Below are positions 21,901-31,654 of a stretch of DNA of 64,000 nucleotides, piece by piece. The notes beneath the pieces are model-generated. The model ran no database searches. It saw nothing but the letters and a program-made list of their open reading frames with translations, and had not been told where the DNA came from. The DNA lies in IMG/VR virus record IMGVR_UViG_3300013947_000021, positions 64,001 to 128,000 of that record. One strand, given 5' to 3'. The translations under genes and the position numbers were made by a program. This DNA is from a virus. Lineage: Duplodnaviria > Caudoviricetes. How positions within the stretch are numbered: position 1 is the stretch's first letter; every line of letters begins with the position of its first letter.

Positions 21901-24779
21901 AGCTGATTAAGTTTCTCTTCAGCACTTCCCTTAATATTTCCTTTAGCATTAAGAGCAATAGCATTAGCAATCCTATTTCTATCTCTCTTTTCAGCCTTTT
22001 CCATTTTACGCTGCTTATTTTTATCAAATGTAGCAGGTATAATAATCTCACCAGGAGATATCATGGTAAGGCCACGCTTAGTAGCTATTCTACCATAAGC
22101 AGAAGTCTTAATTCCACTATCAGCTTCAAAATCATCTGCAGAAGATACTCCACCATCTTCCATATTATCAGCCTGTCTAGAAAACTTAGACTTAATATCA
22201 GACCAGACATTAGAAGCAGTATTCTTTACACCTTTCCAACCTTTAGAGAGAATATCTTTTACATTGTCTATAACAGGCTTTATATATTTATCAATAATGG
22301 GTTTAACTTTGTTCTTTAAAGTATCAAGTATTTTATTAGTGACTTCATTAAAACTCTTTTCCATTCTGAAAGCCATATAATCAAAAACAGAATCGAGTTT
22401 TTCGCCCTTATCATTATAATACTCTTTATCTCCAAACAGGAACTTATAAATAGTATTATTTGCTTTATTGATAAATTTAGTTGCAGCATTAAGTGGAGCA
22501 CCGACTATTTTTGCAACATTATCAAATTTATTTCCGAATTTTTCTTTAATAAAACGGCCTACTCTAGTATCATAAAAACTATTTTCACTACTATTAGTAT
22601 CATCATTTTCAGCATCTCTATATCTCTTAATACTTTCCCAATCTAGATCCCCATCTGAGTCTGGGTCAGAGTCTCCTCCATCAGAATCAGAACTCTCTGA
22701 AGAATTAGATGAAGAACCAGAAGATGATCCTCCAGAAGGAGTAGGATTAACAGGCTTGTATCCTCTTCTTCCTTTGTGCCCACCTTTTCTATTATTACTA
22801 ATTACATTAAAAATATCTCTAAGATAATCAAAGACATTTTTACCATAACTATCTCTATTAGCATTAAGGAATCCGATAGAATTATTAGATGATTTCATTA
22901 TTTCAGGAGATTTATAATCATTAGATGGAATATATTCGCCTTTATTATTAAGAACTCCTAATTTTTTCATGCGCTCAAAATATTTTTTATCTTTTTTAGC
23001 TCGATTTTCAATGTTTCGTACAGCACCAGTACTAATATCATCCTCATCTTCAGATCCAAATGTATTATTAAAAAGAATAGAATACAAACCAGGCTCATTA
23101 GCTATATCTTTAAACCGTCTATTTACATCTGATCTTGCATTCATATTACTTGCTGCAATATTACGAATAGTATCTCTACTAAGAGAATTTTTTACCAATC
23201 TAAATTCTTCAGGAGATGAAAAACCATAATACTTCCAACCCTTATCAATAGATGATTCAAATCTACCATTATCTTTATAAATAGTATTAATCATATTATC
23301 TATTTTCTTCTCTAAAGATCTCTTCTGAAAAGCATTAAATGTTGTATTTTCATCACCGAATAATTTTTCAGCATCTCTTCTTATATCATAATTTGCATTA
23401 GTGATATAATCTCTTTCTTCTTTGCGATATCTCTTTTCTATAGAAGAAGCATATAACCATTTTCCTCTATCGGAATCAAAATATCTTTCAGATCTTCCTG
23501 TAAGAGCAGATTCAATTCTAGCAAGATATCCTGGTATTACTTCATTTATAGTTTTACGAGTAATTCCATCAAATGGAACAGGACCTTTTTCATATCTAGA
23601 AGTATCGATTCTAGCTTTACTATCTGAAGTAAATCCAAGTACTTTAGATATAAAATTAAATAATTTATTATCTGAATTTCTGTCAAACTTACTTAGCATA
23701 TTAGGAAAAAGTGATGCAATAGTAGAATTAAGATCTTTAAGACTCTTACCAAAAGCACTATTTTCCATCTTACTACCTATAAGCAAACCTAAAAGACCAG
23801 ATATTGGACTACCAGACGCCATCTTTATGAAGTCAGCAGGTTTGGTTGCACCAGTAAGAGCACCAGCCATTCCTAATACACTACCGACCATATTATCGCC
23901 CTTTATTTTTTGAATATTTTTCTTGATTAATTTAAAATATTCTCCAGGATCCATTATTCCATTATAGTCCATAATAGAAGATATGTCATCAGAATAGCTG
24001 TTATATTTACTATTCTTAGGCCTATATATAGATTTCTGAATATCAGTCATCTCTTCTATAGAAGAGCTCATTTTACGAAGCATTTCTATAGTAGTATCCT
24101 GATATTTTTTAGTATTTTCAAGATGAGCAAGAATATTAGTATTTAAGAATTTATTGGTAGTTTTGACCTCATTATATATCGTACCAATACCACTAAGTAT
24201 TCTTGTATTATTTGCAGCCATCTGATTCAAAACAAGGCCTGTATTTACTTTGTTATGCTTAGCAATAAATTCACCAGCAGCAGTAGTAGCCATACTCTGC
24301 TGATATCCAGTATTAATTATACTTTTAATAGTACTAGTATTAAAATCATCATTACTATTAGAAGAAGATGATTCACTATCGCTATTATTAGAAGATGAAC
24401 TAAAAGAATCTGAGAATGAAAAATCATTATCATTGAAAGAGAAATTAAAATCCATTTCATCTCCGAATATATTAGAATCCATTTCTTCTTTTCGATCTTT
24501 GTTATAAATATTACCAGTTTTCAAATCTGAGAGTGCATTTTTAAAGAGCTGATTAGTATTCTTATACAGATCTGAATTTTTAACAATACTAGTAAGAGAT
24601 CTTTTTGTTTCAGATTCTCTTTTCTTAGCAAATGTCTTGTAAATAGTTTTACATCCATTGTCTAATTTTTCGATATATGTTTTAATAGCATCAGCATTAC
24701 TGCCCAAGCTATCAATAGCTATATATCCAACAGACTTTCCTAAATTTCTTACATAGGAGCTTGCACTAATACTTGGCAT
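15972..24779 (-). CDS. Giant tail (tape-measure-like) protein with C39-like peptidase and phage tail lysozyme domains
   Basis: 2935 aa; Gly/Ala-rich hydrophobic repeats; YQHDP...SGCAP...HFITATG (C39-like); IWNYLRSKGFSKAGAAGIMGNFRMES...GYGLPQFT...QLDYL...YEMP (tail lysozyme). Confidence 0.75.
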   Translation of the reverse strand: MPSISASSYVRNLGKSVGYIAIDSLGSNADAIKTYIEKLDNGCKTIYKTFAKKRESETKRSLTSIVKNSDLYKNTNQLFKNALSDLKTGNIYNKDRKEEMDSNIFGDEMDFNFSFNDNDFSFSDSFSSSSNNSDSESSSSNSNDDFNTSTIKSIINTGYQQSMATTAAGEFIAKHNKVNTGLVLNQMAANNTRILSGIGTIYNEVKTTNKFLNTNILAHLENTKKYQDTTIEMLRKMSSSIEEMTDIQKSIYRPKNSKYNSYSDDISSIMDYNGIMDPGEYFKLIKKNIQKIKGDNMVGSVLGMAGALTGATKPADFIKMASGSPISGLLGLLIGSKMENSAFGKSLKDLNSTIASLFPNMLSKFDRNSDNKLFNFISKVLGFTSDSKARIDTSRYEKGPVPFDGITRKTINEVIPGYLARIESALTGRSERYFDSDRGKWLYASSIEKRYRKEERDYITNANYDIRRDAEKLFGDENTTFNAFQKRSLEKKIDNMINTIYKDNGRFESSIDKGWKYYGFSSPEEFRLVKNSLSRDTIRNIAASNMNARSDVNRRFKDIANEPGLYSILFNNTFGSEDEDDISTGAVRNIENRAKKDKKYFERMKKLGVLNNKGEYIPSNDYKSPEIMKSSNNSIGFLNANRDSYGKNVFDYLRDIFNVISNNRKGGHKGRRGYKPVNPTPSGGSSSGSSSNSSESSDSDGGDSDPDSDGDLDWESIKRYRDAENDDTNSSENSFYDTRVGRFIKEKFGNKFDNVAKIVGAPLNAATKFINKANNTIYKFLFGDKEYYNDKGEKLDSVFDYMAFRMEKSFNEVTNKILDTLKNKVKPIIDKYIKPVIDNVKDILSKGWKGVKNTASNVWSDIKSKFSRQADNMEDGGVSSADDFEADSGIKTSAYGRIATKRGLTMISPGEIIIPATFDKNKQRKMEKAEKRDRNRIANAIALNAKGNIKGSAEEKLNQLKGFFSNILGDSYDHTSKVLAGGIVGGGAGLLVGNPLLGAVAGAGLSIINSSETAKKFLLGDMITNEDGTKERSGGIIPKRIIDVYTKAAPDMSKFSLVGGVAGLLTGFGPLGGAAVGAGISLLKNNETVQNILFGENGLFEKEGVEKFKKFAKKAAPHALIGAGIGALAGPFGILGNSIIGSGLGLLTATDTFHKVMFGDPDNPEKNSVMKALNKTILIPGKEKILSMLDEFKDYAKENMLKPLKNFWNPFKQGIKNVIHDIGYSVADSINDAFSKFIGLPAMDFFQEKIFKPLGKAIGAVAKSPINLAKGIISAPFKMLGSIGNRMRMHQIEKGKAYDMSAAERLVFRKQYSDNKLFNRFIYGNKKKGTNGLVGLLRYFNKDSGLANTLEKNRYSESGSLLNTILGRDNAFEQDNVLAGLDDNALNMLLSNTSAMLNSDSDIGNQMKSIRSGMQNRLSDLFNKRDANGKTLYDKLGYKTLNKFTKQALSGEYNNIDELSEYIDSKFGLDKFGEDDRNSIKNSILNTLRNGLSDSENDVNTLYRLRLTLGGSRRDQKEIEDKLSQALGRKISGKSGIRSVREAIQAELKARGKNVESITSKEEPKTPEEKTQQTVENISSKIDNFNNSMLNAIKEVIYTMNPKARPKSESTTNNASETAKNVADGGSKVINTIQKANEKSLNDRSDEDKEKFYDQDTGNVVSSDTSSREYKENKEQHTEIKEKKDKENKENSQNFNDLIDSLIGKRKERKKSRSGIAGILGRIVGFKEKVSSPLGTVAKIGKKIVGGALLVSLFGYASEFVKTSIWPKIQTFLFGKQNEDGVRSGGLLGGLKNIFVGKDGKSGILGSVFNWFGEKFNAVKNWYLNNGGLSGLLAGALEKIIIGHGYAIQNLVAPAVSLIIQSLPGILWGTVKGIVKGLTAVITKRKPANDNVTFTDYDTNVTKYLNAANKNNSNLKSALTQSTSTEPGVKKTSNNYSNVIKAFDSSKSTNYKTTSTFNINGGNTSSSNAKLKSIVDDIDVTGIENPVFNITTGKAMEANDFDGSTNRRNIIGGTYSTNQIVTDENGNILNDYTQYHSNDGILSKGIKTGTRFGLQVLAGMNKGTTVKAVKLAGKVGKTVFDATKLGKATNLVGKAGKAIGTGIANTKTGKAVGRFATNTIKNIAESTGVNTAKKSFGSLFRKLFENIFNSKIGKILLSGVTKGAGTKALQEALIKSGEKLAKHAGTKLIGKSALKLANVLSNATPLGIALGVVDFLWGMTNAETIMGVAKGGYNISFGIRVICGLTNFLTNRFLLGLIPASTIMDIFIDGILPAFGMDLTELKDARSNYNQVLNAWNKEHPEETYDNLEDFNKRKKAPWYKRVGNWFGNIFGVKDKEVEAVINKSNGNSRTTSSGTSSALGIGSARTTNAGKARGHIYQHDPAIKNMRYGNSTLGESGCAPVAVTNALRRLTGRGDLNHAMSYAEANGMVSKNGTSMNYFNSYLADNGISTTNTNSASDALQAIKQGKQVIMFGKDNSNNGMPFGTTPHFITATGYDRNGNVIVEDPDLPSGSTKYNKSKIANSMKSSVIINGRKNIGKGTESADSSSAEDTSTTNKLFSQIGNLGTNIMKKMYGGLYDAMYGDGDDTSSSSDSTANTSSNSSGKISLVSNKKSNTITSMDVKGNSNAEKIWNYLRSKGFSKAGAAGIMGNFRMESAYKPYAVEATELKKLGYTGGNSDTLMRKFTDDLQNGKISKDTFVNTYFGYGLPQFTYNTWKEQLYDATVGQGKKIDSIPNQLDYLTGSWNKYCGGLVNRLKNAKDPGEAAIDVLHSYEMPNWKSVKQYLYDNERKAYAKEAYNAFAVGSGRAQRSIDQNRMYADDNRNIIGSGSANTTSNANTSISYDSFLNTIVSILLKISDNTALLNKVLEILSKNFGIDIDESDIDAASRKTKLQTKAALNELVKRNSGNTVNISKLLNNQSNEYIISAMSELARE

Positions 24780-24837
24780 AGTGTATCTTCCTCCTTTACC
24801 TAATCAAATTTTTATTATTATGTTTCGAATGCAAAAA

Positions 24838-24872
24838 GAATCATGGTAGAGTATATACTCTACCATGATTTA
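24838..24872 (-). terminator. Intrinsic terminator
   Basis: aatcatggtagagt/actctaccatgatt stem followed by a U run on -. Confidence 0.7.
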
Positions 24873-24881
24873 TTTTATATA

Positions 24882-25874
24882 TTATACCGGAATTTTAAGT
24901 TTATCACCAGGATGCAGTGTACTTGTACTGCTCTTATTGTTATAAGCAGCTAATTCAGAATACCTATACCCAGATCCCATTGTTTTGGCAGCTATAGACC
25001 ACCAACTATCTCCAGCTACAACAGTATAAAGGGTTTCTTTCATAGGAATCTTAATCTGCATGCCAGGATAAAGCTTAGCATTTGCAGAACTCATTCCATT
25101 AAATGCAAGAAGTTCTTTATATCTATTTCCATCACCGAGATTTACAGCAGCAATCTTCCACCAACTATCTCCAGACTTTACAGTATAAAGAATATAAGAT
25201 TTATCAGCAGCAAGATTATTACTCTTATCAGCAATAGCATTCTTAAGATAAAAAGCGACTACATTATCCACCTGTCTATTTTCAGTAGGATTACCAAATA
25301 CCTTACCCTTAATAAGAACTCTAGCACTTCCTCCACCATCAAGATTAACAGCAAACTTAGCACCAATATTATCAAGGAGTTCAGATAACTGAGCGAATCT
25401 CAGACCAGGTTTTCCTACATGAACTATAAATACTGTAGTATCATTATATCCAATACAAGAACGTACAGCACAATAATCTATTTCTTTAGCATAGTCAAAT
25501 TTAGTAATAGGACCAGTTCCATTAAGAAGAACAGGATAAGCAGAAAGAAAGTCCTTCCATCTAGTTCCATCGTTAAGATTACCAAATTTAAGTTCATTTA
25601 TAGCATCATAAGAAACACCAATACCGATTCTATAATTAGTATTATTAGATCTTACAATACCTTCATCAATAGTATTAAATACCGGATTTCCATTTGCCAT
25701 AGAGAAGAATCCACCATTGATAAGAATATCAGGTTTCTTCTGCTGTCTATTATAAAAAGAGCCTAAGGTTTCCCTAGGCTCTTTACATGCAGTAAAATCA
25801 ACATATGATATCTCGTCTCTAGGAACTTCTATTACATTGACAAACTTATAAGCGGAATGTACATATGTTTTCAT
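24882..25874 (-). CDS. Phosphodiester glycosidase (NAGPA-like) with two C-terminal LysM domains; candidate lysis or wall enzyme
   Basis: INGGFF, RSCIG, AVNLDGGGSA motifs; two YTVxxGDSWWxIA...PG..KIP LysM repeats. Confidence 0.8.
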   Translation of the reverse strand: MKTYVHSAYKFVNVIEVPRDEISYVDFTACKEPRETLGSFYNRQQKKPDILINGGFFSMANGNPVFNTIDEGIVRSNNTNYRIGIGVSYDAINELKFGNLNDGTRWKDFLSAYPVLLNGTGPITKFDYAKEIDYCAVRSCIGYNDTTVFIVHVGKPGLRFAQLSELLDNIGAKFAVNLDGGGSARVLIKGKVFGNPTENRQVDNVVAFYLKNAIADKSNNLAADKSYILYTVKSGDSWWKIAAVNLGDGNRYKELLAFNGMSSANAKLYPGMQIKIPMKETLYTVVAGDSWWSIAAKTMGSGYRYSELAAYNNKSSTSTLHPGDKLKIPV

Positions 25875-25876
25875 TC

Positions 25877-26236
25877 TTAAGCATCTCCATTAGTATCATT
25901 ATTAGAATTATCACTATAAGTAGTGGTATCATCTTCAGGCTCAAAAAGTTCAAGCTTAAATTTCTTAATCTGCTTATAGATCTGATTACAACCAGTAGCA
26001 GCTAGACCAGAGAACGCACCATTACCTATAGCTCCAATAGCATTATCTGCATACTGAACAATTCCCTGAGGATAAAATTTATAGATCAGGAAGCCCATTA
26101 CACCACCGAGAATTGCACAAATAATAGGAAGCCAATTTTTATAAGCAGTTTTCTTTGCAAAAACTCTCTTATATATCTCGGCGATTATGTAGATTACTAT
26201 TATGATAAATGGTGAAAGATATCCTACATCTACCAT
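25877..26236 (-). CDS. Holin
   Basis: About three hydrophobic segments, WLPIICAILGG and GAFSGLAATGCNQIYKQ motifs, charged tail, adjacent to the LysM enzyme. Confidence 0.75.
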   Translation of the reverse strand: MVDVGYLSPFIIIVIYIIAEIYKRVFAKKTAYKNWLPIICAILGGVMGFLIYKFYPQGIVQYADNAIGAIGNGAFSGLAATGCNQIYKQIKKFKLELFEPEDDTTTYSDNSNNDTNGDA

Positions 26237-26333
26237 AACCAAATCCCTCCTTTCTTAAATGTATTTAATTATATGTTTTTAGATAGAAAAAGTATTGAAG
26301 GACGCTATTTAACGTCCTTCAATATTGTTTTGA

Positions 26334-29300
26334 TTAGCACATATCTTCAAGTTTGGTATCAGCATCAATACCCATAATATTTTTAACAGCTCTATCAAGT
26401 TCTATCATGCATTTATTAATTGCTCCAGATACCCAAACAGATGTAACCATTCGAGCATTAAATGACCTAGCAGCAAATAATGCATGAATAGATTCTTCTG
26501 GACGGAATTCGGAGAAAGGTTCATATCCCTTAGGGAATATATTTTTGATAACTCCCTTATTTGCAGACTGAGCAACCACCTTATCTCCAACAGAGAGTTT
26601 ATCATTATACTTAATATAGAATACTATCTTAACTCCATCAGGATTATTCTTCATCTTTCCAGTAGCTTCCATCTTATAATCAGGATCAAGAAGATTTGCT
26701 CCAGGAGCTTTAAATTTCTCATAGAGTTTCTTCTGTGCTTTAATCTTATCCTCGTATTCAGTTACAATTTTCTTAAGAGAATCAGACATTTCTTCTATAT
26801 CACAAGTACGATATATTTTAATATCCTGAATAACTCCGGTATATTTACTCTTAACTCTAACTCTACCAAGATCAGATACAAAGCTCGGGTCAGTAATATT
26901 CTTAAGAAGCATATTTGCATCTTTCTCATCAAAAGAATTCTGCATAGTAATAAGAGGATCACCCTCCTGTACAGCATCGCCAATCTTTACAAGCTGATAA
27001 ATATTAGCATTCTTAGATACATCGGTTTCCTTTTCTACAACTACATCAGTAGCCATAGCTTCAGAAAGCCAAGTTGAAACAGAAGTTGAATCCTCAAATC
27101 CTTCATCAGTATTCATTATTGCAACTTTAGCAAGTACTCCTACATTATATGCAAGATTATCATCTTCACCAACTTTATCAGAGAATGAAGATCTATCATA
27201 TGCAATAATATCACCCTTCTTAAATATATCTCCAATTTTAAGATCAGTATCAAGTTTAAGAGTAATAAAGAATCCACCATCAGAGTTTTTCTTTACTTCA
27301 TTCTTAAGATCAATACATTCATTAAGATAAGATTTATTATCGTCAGTAATAACGGCTTTATCATATGCTACTACCATATAATCCTTAGTCAATTCAATAA
27401 CTTTGCCATTCTCTTTAGCCTTATAAGCAAATGTATCGGAAGATATGTAAGGCATAGCTTCATCTGCACCATTAGTAACAAGAAGAGGCATAGACTTACC
27501 AACTCTCATAGAATGCTTAGAAGTCTGAATAAATGTCATTGCAGAACGGAATGGGTCATCATGAGTAGTACCAAAAGGAGTAACTGCTTCAGTCATACTA
27601 AGAGATTTAGTAACAGATTTATCATCATTCTTAGAATCTTTAATATAACCACGCTTACCAGTGATATCCATATCAATAGTAGTCTGACGATTAATACCGA
27701 CATTTGCAGCAAAGCCAGTAGAAAGAGCAAGCTTATTATTCATAGAATCATCATAAGTACGTTTATCAAGAGAATAAGATCTACTATCATTCATACCAGA
27801 CAATCCTTTAAAAGATACTTCATTTGCAGCTTCAATTTCAAGAAGAGGGTTAAGTATAGAAAGATCAGAAGTCATTGGATCTTCAAATATCCAATCAATA
27901 ACTGCACTTCTTTTCATACTAATTCCAACTTTTCTACCACGTTTAACCTGAGCTTTATATTCTACATAAGCTCTAGAAATAGCTTTATAGAAGTAACCAG
28001 CAATAAGCTCATTAGTTCTATATCTATTACCGGATATATCAGTATGTCTATTATACTTATTATTAGAAAGCAGACTATTAGCATATAAGAGCATCCCTGC
28101 ATAATCGGAAGGAATACCAACATGCTTACAAACTTCTTTAGTTATAGGATCAAGGAAAAGATCAGCAAAGTTATCAAGACCATCAGAAAGTATACGTCCA
28201 CCAAAACTATCAAGAAAATCTAGCCATGTAGATCTGTTAGACATATCTTTCAAATTATACATTTCAGTATTACATGCATTTAATCCATTAAATAACATAG
28301 CTGCAGGATATGTGGTTTGATAATACAAAGTTGTATCTGCAAATTTAATTCTAGATGGATTACTAAACTTTTTATCATCCTCGTCTAGATCAATCTTCAT
28401 TCTATGAGCAATAACATCCAAACTACCAAGTGTATATCCAAGTATTACTATAAGTGGTATTTTATTTGAAAGAATACTAGCTTCAGAATAATTTAATGTA
28501 TTAGATACCTTTGTAACAGATAAAATTTCTCTAAATTTATCACTAGCATTTGATATTTCATTAGAGATAATATCAGATAATAGCATAGGAGCATTATTCA
28601 TTAAAATATTACCATCATCATCCATTTTTACGTAATAAACTTCACCAGTATTTCTATTTACACAATAAGGAATTCCAAGAGAAGAATCAGCTTTATATTT
28701 AGAATAGTATTCATCCTGATTAAAATAATAAATTTTATCAGAAGTTTCTATTCTTGTAATTTGACTACATATATCTATATAATCAACAGGAAGTTCATAC
28801 TTAGAGCAGATAGTTGTATTGTCTCCAACTATTACTTTAATATTCTTATCCTGATTTCCAAGTTTTTTAATTGCTTTAAGAAATCTATCAGATGATGGAT
28901 ATGATTTAGAAAGTGCGCCTTTACGTCTAATAAATATCTTGTTATAGTTTGATACGCACTGCACGGTATCTTCATCAGTCTTAATACAAGGAAGAAGAAG
29001 TAACTGACCAGACATAATCTTTTCATTACCCCTAAGTCTCATAAATCTATTATTCTTAAATTTAGGAATATCAAATGTAAGAGTAGATCTCTTACCAAAT
29101 CCATCTTCAGTCTCCACTCTATATGTATAAATATAATCCATATTTGTAGAAGTATCTTCAACCTCAATATTAATTATATCTATAGGATAGCTCATGTCAT
29201 GTAAGGACTTAAGAATATTGAGTATATCGAAATTTATATCATACTTCTTTTGGAAATTAATAAATTTAACATCTTTCCACTCATCATTAATGGAATTAAT

Positions 29301-30173
29301 TTTCATAGAAGTCGATTCAATTTCATCATCTTTATCATTAGAAATAATTTCTTCTATAGTTTTTCCATGAACTTCTTTCTTAAGAAGCTCTTTACTAAGA
29401 GTATTCATTCTATTTTGACGAGTAGCATTGAACTTGGGTTTACCATCATCTTCAGCATCAAGATCCATTAAAGCAGCTTTAAAATTATCATCATTTTCAA
29501 TATTTTCATAAGCTTCTTCTTCATTATCAGAATCTTCTACATTATTGACAATATTAGTAACTAATTCATCTTCTTTTTTATTCTTAGCTTCAGTTTTTTC
29601 GATATCAATATTCTTTTCTACTTTTACATCTTTTACAGGAGATTTATCATCTTCTGTAGATTTTCTCAATATTACAGGCTGTTGAGATGCTACCATATTA
29701 ATATTAGGCTTAGCACTCTCATTATTTTTTATTAAAGTAATTATAAGATTTTTAAACTGGTTATATTCAGTAGACTTATATTTATCTGTATAAACAGGGA
29801 GGGTTTCTTTAATTTCATTATAAAAAATAAAAACAGTGTTGGGAAATCTATTGCGAAAATCTACACTAGAGATTTTCATATATCGTATGATAGCACCGAC
29901 ATATCCTCTATCACCTTCAATATTATTAGAATCTAAATGTTTTATAGGGATATAAATAATTCTATTTCCAAATTCTTTTTCAGTATCCTGAAGTATTTTC
30001 TGTATAAATCTAATAAATGCTTCATCGGATTTAAATTTATTTGAGGAAATATCTACTATAGTATTTTTATTATCATTTGCTTTAAAATTATTTATAATTT
30101 CAATATTATTCTTTTTTAAAGTGTTTTTATCATTATCTGTAAGAACAGATTCATAAAGATAATTATTATTCAT
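26334..30173 (-). CDS. rpoB: Phage multisubunit RNA polymerase beta-like subunit, probably the virion RNAP
   Basis: EAVTPFGTTHDDPFRSAMTFIQTSKH, GFEDS, LSVGDKVVAQSANKGVI and SFNARM motifs. Confidence 0.85.
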   Translation of the reverse strand: MNNNYLYESVLTDNDKNTLKKNNIEIINNFKANDNKNTIVDISSNKFKSDEAFIRFIQKILQDTEKEFGNRIIYIPIKHLDSNNIEGDRGYVGAIIRYMKISSVDFRNRFPNTVFIFYNEIKETLPVYTDKYKSTEYNQFKNLIITLIKNNESAKPNINMVASQQPVILRKSTEDDKSPVKDVKVEKNIDIEKTEAKNKKEDELVTNIVNNVEDSDNEEEAYENIENDDNFKAALMDLDAEDDGKPKFNATRQNRMNTLSKELLKKEVHGKTIEEIISNDKDDEIESTSMKINSINDEWKDVKFINFQKKYDINFDILNILKSLHDMSYPIDIINIEVEDTSTNMDYIYTYRVETEDGFGKRSTLTFDIPKFKNNRFMRLRGNEKIMSGQLLLLPCIKTDEDTVQCVSNYNKIFIRRKGALSKSYPSSDRFLKAIKKLGNQDKNIKVIVGDNTTICSKYELPVDYIDICSQITRIETSDKIYYFNQDEYYSKYKADSSLGIPYCVNRNTGEVYYVKMDDDGNILMNNAPMLLSDIISNEISNASDKFREILSVTKVSNTLNYSEASILSNKIPLIVILGYTLGSLDVIAHRMKIDLDEDDKKFSNPSRIKFADTTLYYQTTYPAAMLFNGLNACNTEMYNLKDMSNRSTWLDFLDSFGGRILSDGLDNFADLFLDPITKEVCKHVGIPSDYAGMLLYANSLLSNNKYNRHTDISGNRYRTNELIAGYFYKAISRAYVEYKAQVKRGRKVGISMKRSAVIDWIFEDPMTSDLSILNPLLEIEAANEVSFKGLSGMNDSRSYSLDKRTYDDSMNNKLALSTGFAANVGINRQTTIDMDITGKRGYIKDSKNDDKSVTKSLSMTEAVTPFGTTHDDPFRSAMTFIQTSKHSMRVGKSMPLLVTNGADEAMPYISSDTFAYKAKENGKVIELTKDYMVVAYDKAVITDDNKSYLNECIDLKNEVKKNSDGGFFITLKLDTDLKIGDIFKKGDIIAYDRSSFSDKVGEDDNLAYNVGVLAKVAIMNTDEGFEDSTSVSTWLSEAMATDVVVEKETDVSKNANIYQLVKIGDAVQEGDPLITMQNSFDEKDANMLLKNITDPSFVSDLGRVRVKSKYTGVIQDIKIYRTCDIEEMSDSLKKIVTEYEDKIKAQKKLYEKFKAPGANLLDPDYKMEATGKMKNNPDGVKIVFYIKYNDKLSVGDKVVAQSANKGVIKNIFPKGYEPFSEFRPEESIHALFAARSFNARMVTSVWVSGAINKCMIELDRAVKNIMGIDADTKLEDMC

Positions 30174-30258
30174 AATTTACCTCCATACAGTTTTATATTT
30201 ATTATAAAGTTAAATGAACAAAAAATAATAGGCGGAGAGTTTTCTCCGCCTATAAATT

Positions 30259-31035
30259 TTATGCAAATACTATATCATTAAAATAATTGTAATATTTATC
30301 AAATATATTATTTGTATTTTCTTTAAATCCAATAGGAGTATTGGACTTATTAATCTTATCGGTGTCAGTAATTAAATCATTACTATTCCACCTTTGATTA
30401 AGATATTTATTTTTATAATAAATATCTTTATAAAATTCAATGTCCCCAAATTCAATCCGTCCTTCTTTTGTTCTAGCTTTAGCTTCATTTATTGTAAAAT
30501 GAAAAGCATAATCGGCTAAATTTTTAAAGACAATATTTAATGGAGATTTAGTATATGGGCCATACAAATTACTTGAAGTCTGTAAAGCACATATACTTCT
30601 AAAAGTATCCTGATAGATTTCAACAAAACTACGGATAATATTTAAATCCGTTTTATCATACTCACGTATTAATTCAGTATGATTTGTTTTATCAAATACA
30701 TATCCTTTATCAGGATATAAAAATATAGCCACCGCTTTTCTTGATTTTGGTAAAACCAGCCAAAATATGTGGCCATTTCTATTTTTGTATGTACCGTATT
30801 GAGGTCTAATGAAAAATTCATAAACCTCTTCTGGATTTAAATTATGTAAATTATTATCAGAATAAAATTCCTCTAAATCGTTCCATTTAGATTTTGGTTT
30901 TCTTTCTAATCTTGCCTCCAATCTAGGAATATAAATACTAAATCCTGATTCATTATTAACATAATTTAAATCTTCAGTTCTTAATCCGAAATATTCATTT
31001 AAAAAATGAATATTTAATGTAGTATTATAAATCAT
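30259..31035 (-). CDS. Hypothetical protein, early-type
   Basis: 258 aa, AGGAG RBS, TATATTAT motif upstream. Confidence 0.6.
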   Translation of the reverse strand: MIYNTTLNIHFLNEYFGLRTEDLNYVNNESGFSIYIPRLEARLERKPKSKWNDLEEFYSDNNLHNLNPEEVYEFFIRPQYGTYKNRNGHIFWLVLPKSRKAVAIFLYPDKGYVFDKTNHTELIREYDKTDLNIIRSFVEIYQDTFRSICALQTSSNLYGPYTKSPLNIVFKNLADYAFHFTINEAKARTKEGRIEFGDIEFYKDIYYKNKYLNQRWNSNDLITDTDKINKSNTPIGFKENTNNIFDKYYNYFNDIVFA

Positions 31036-31314
31036 TCTATTTATATCTCCTTTATATAAAATTTTTTGAAGGAATAATTATTTTCCTTCTACAATAATAA
31101 TATATAATCGAAAGGAGCTATAATACAAACAGTATAGAGCAGGAATCTAATCCTGCTCTATATATTTTTACCTATGATACTTCATTTATTATTTATATAA
31201 TATTCTCTGATTGTAAAAGTCCATTAAAATAGTTGTATATCATTAGCGTGAGAATAATGAGTAATTAATTAAATTACAATATTTTATTCTCAATACGTAC
31301 ATATGAGAGGATGA

Positions 31315-31653
31315 TTGAAAATGGAGAAAATTCAATCAATTAAGGTTAGGAATCCGCCCGAGAATTCGGATTCTATAACAAATCCCAAAGATCTTCTTGA
31401 TCGGGATATTCCAGTGGAGGTTGGAAGTTTTGCAACGCTTGATGATAACTTGCCGCTTAAGTTGTTTATTGTTGCAGCTATACAGGGTGACATAGCCACC
31501 CTCGGTGAGTTAGAATTAACGGATACCAAAGATGATGTATGCCTCAGATTAACTGATGTATCATTATCAAAAGTACTTGCAGTCGACGATAGCTTCGTTA
31601 ATATAAATGGAGTATTATGGAATATCCGCGAGAGGTTGAATAAGCGAATATAA
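31315..31653 (+). CDS. Hypothetical protein
   Basis: 112-aa ORF with GAGG RBS. Confidence 0.55.
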   Translation: MKMEKIQSIKVRNPPENSDSITNPKDLLDRDIPVEVGSFATLDDNLPLKLFIVAAIQGDIATLGELELTDTKDDVCLRLTDVSLSKVLAVDDSFVNINGVLWNIRERLNKRI

Positions 31654-31654
31654 T

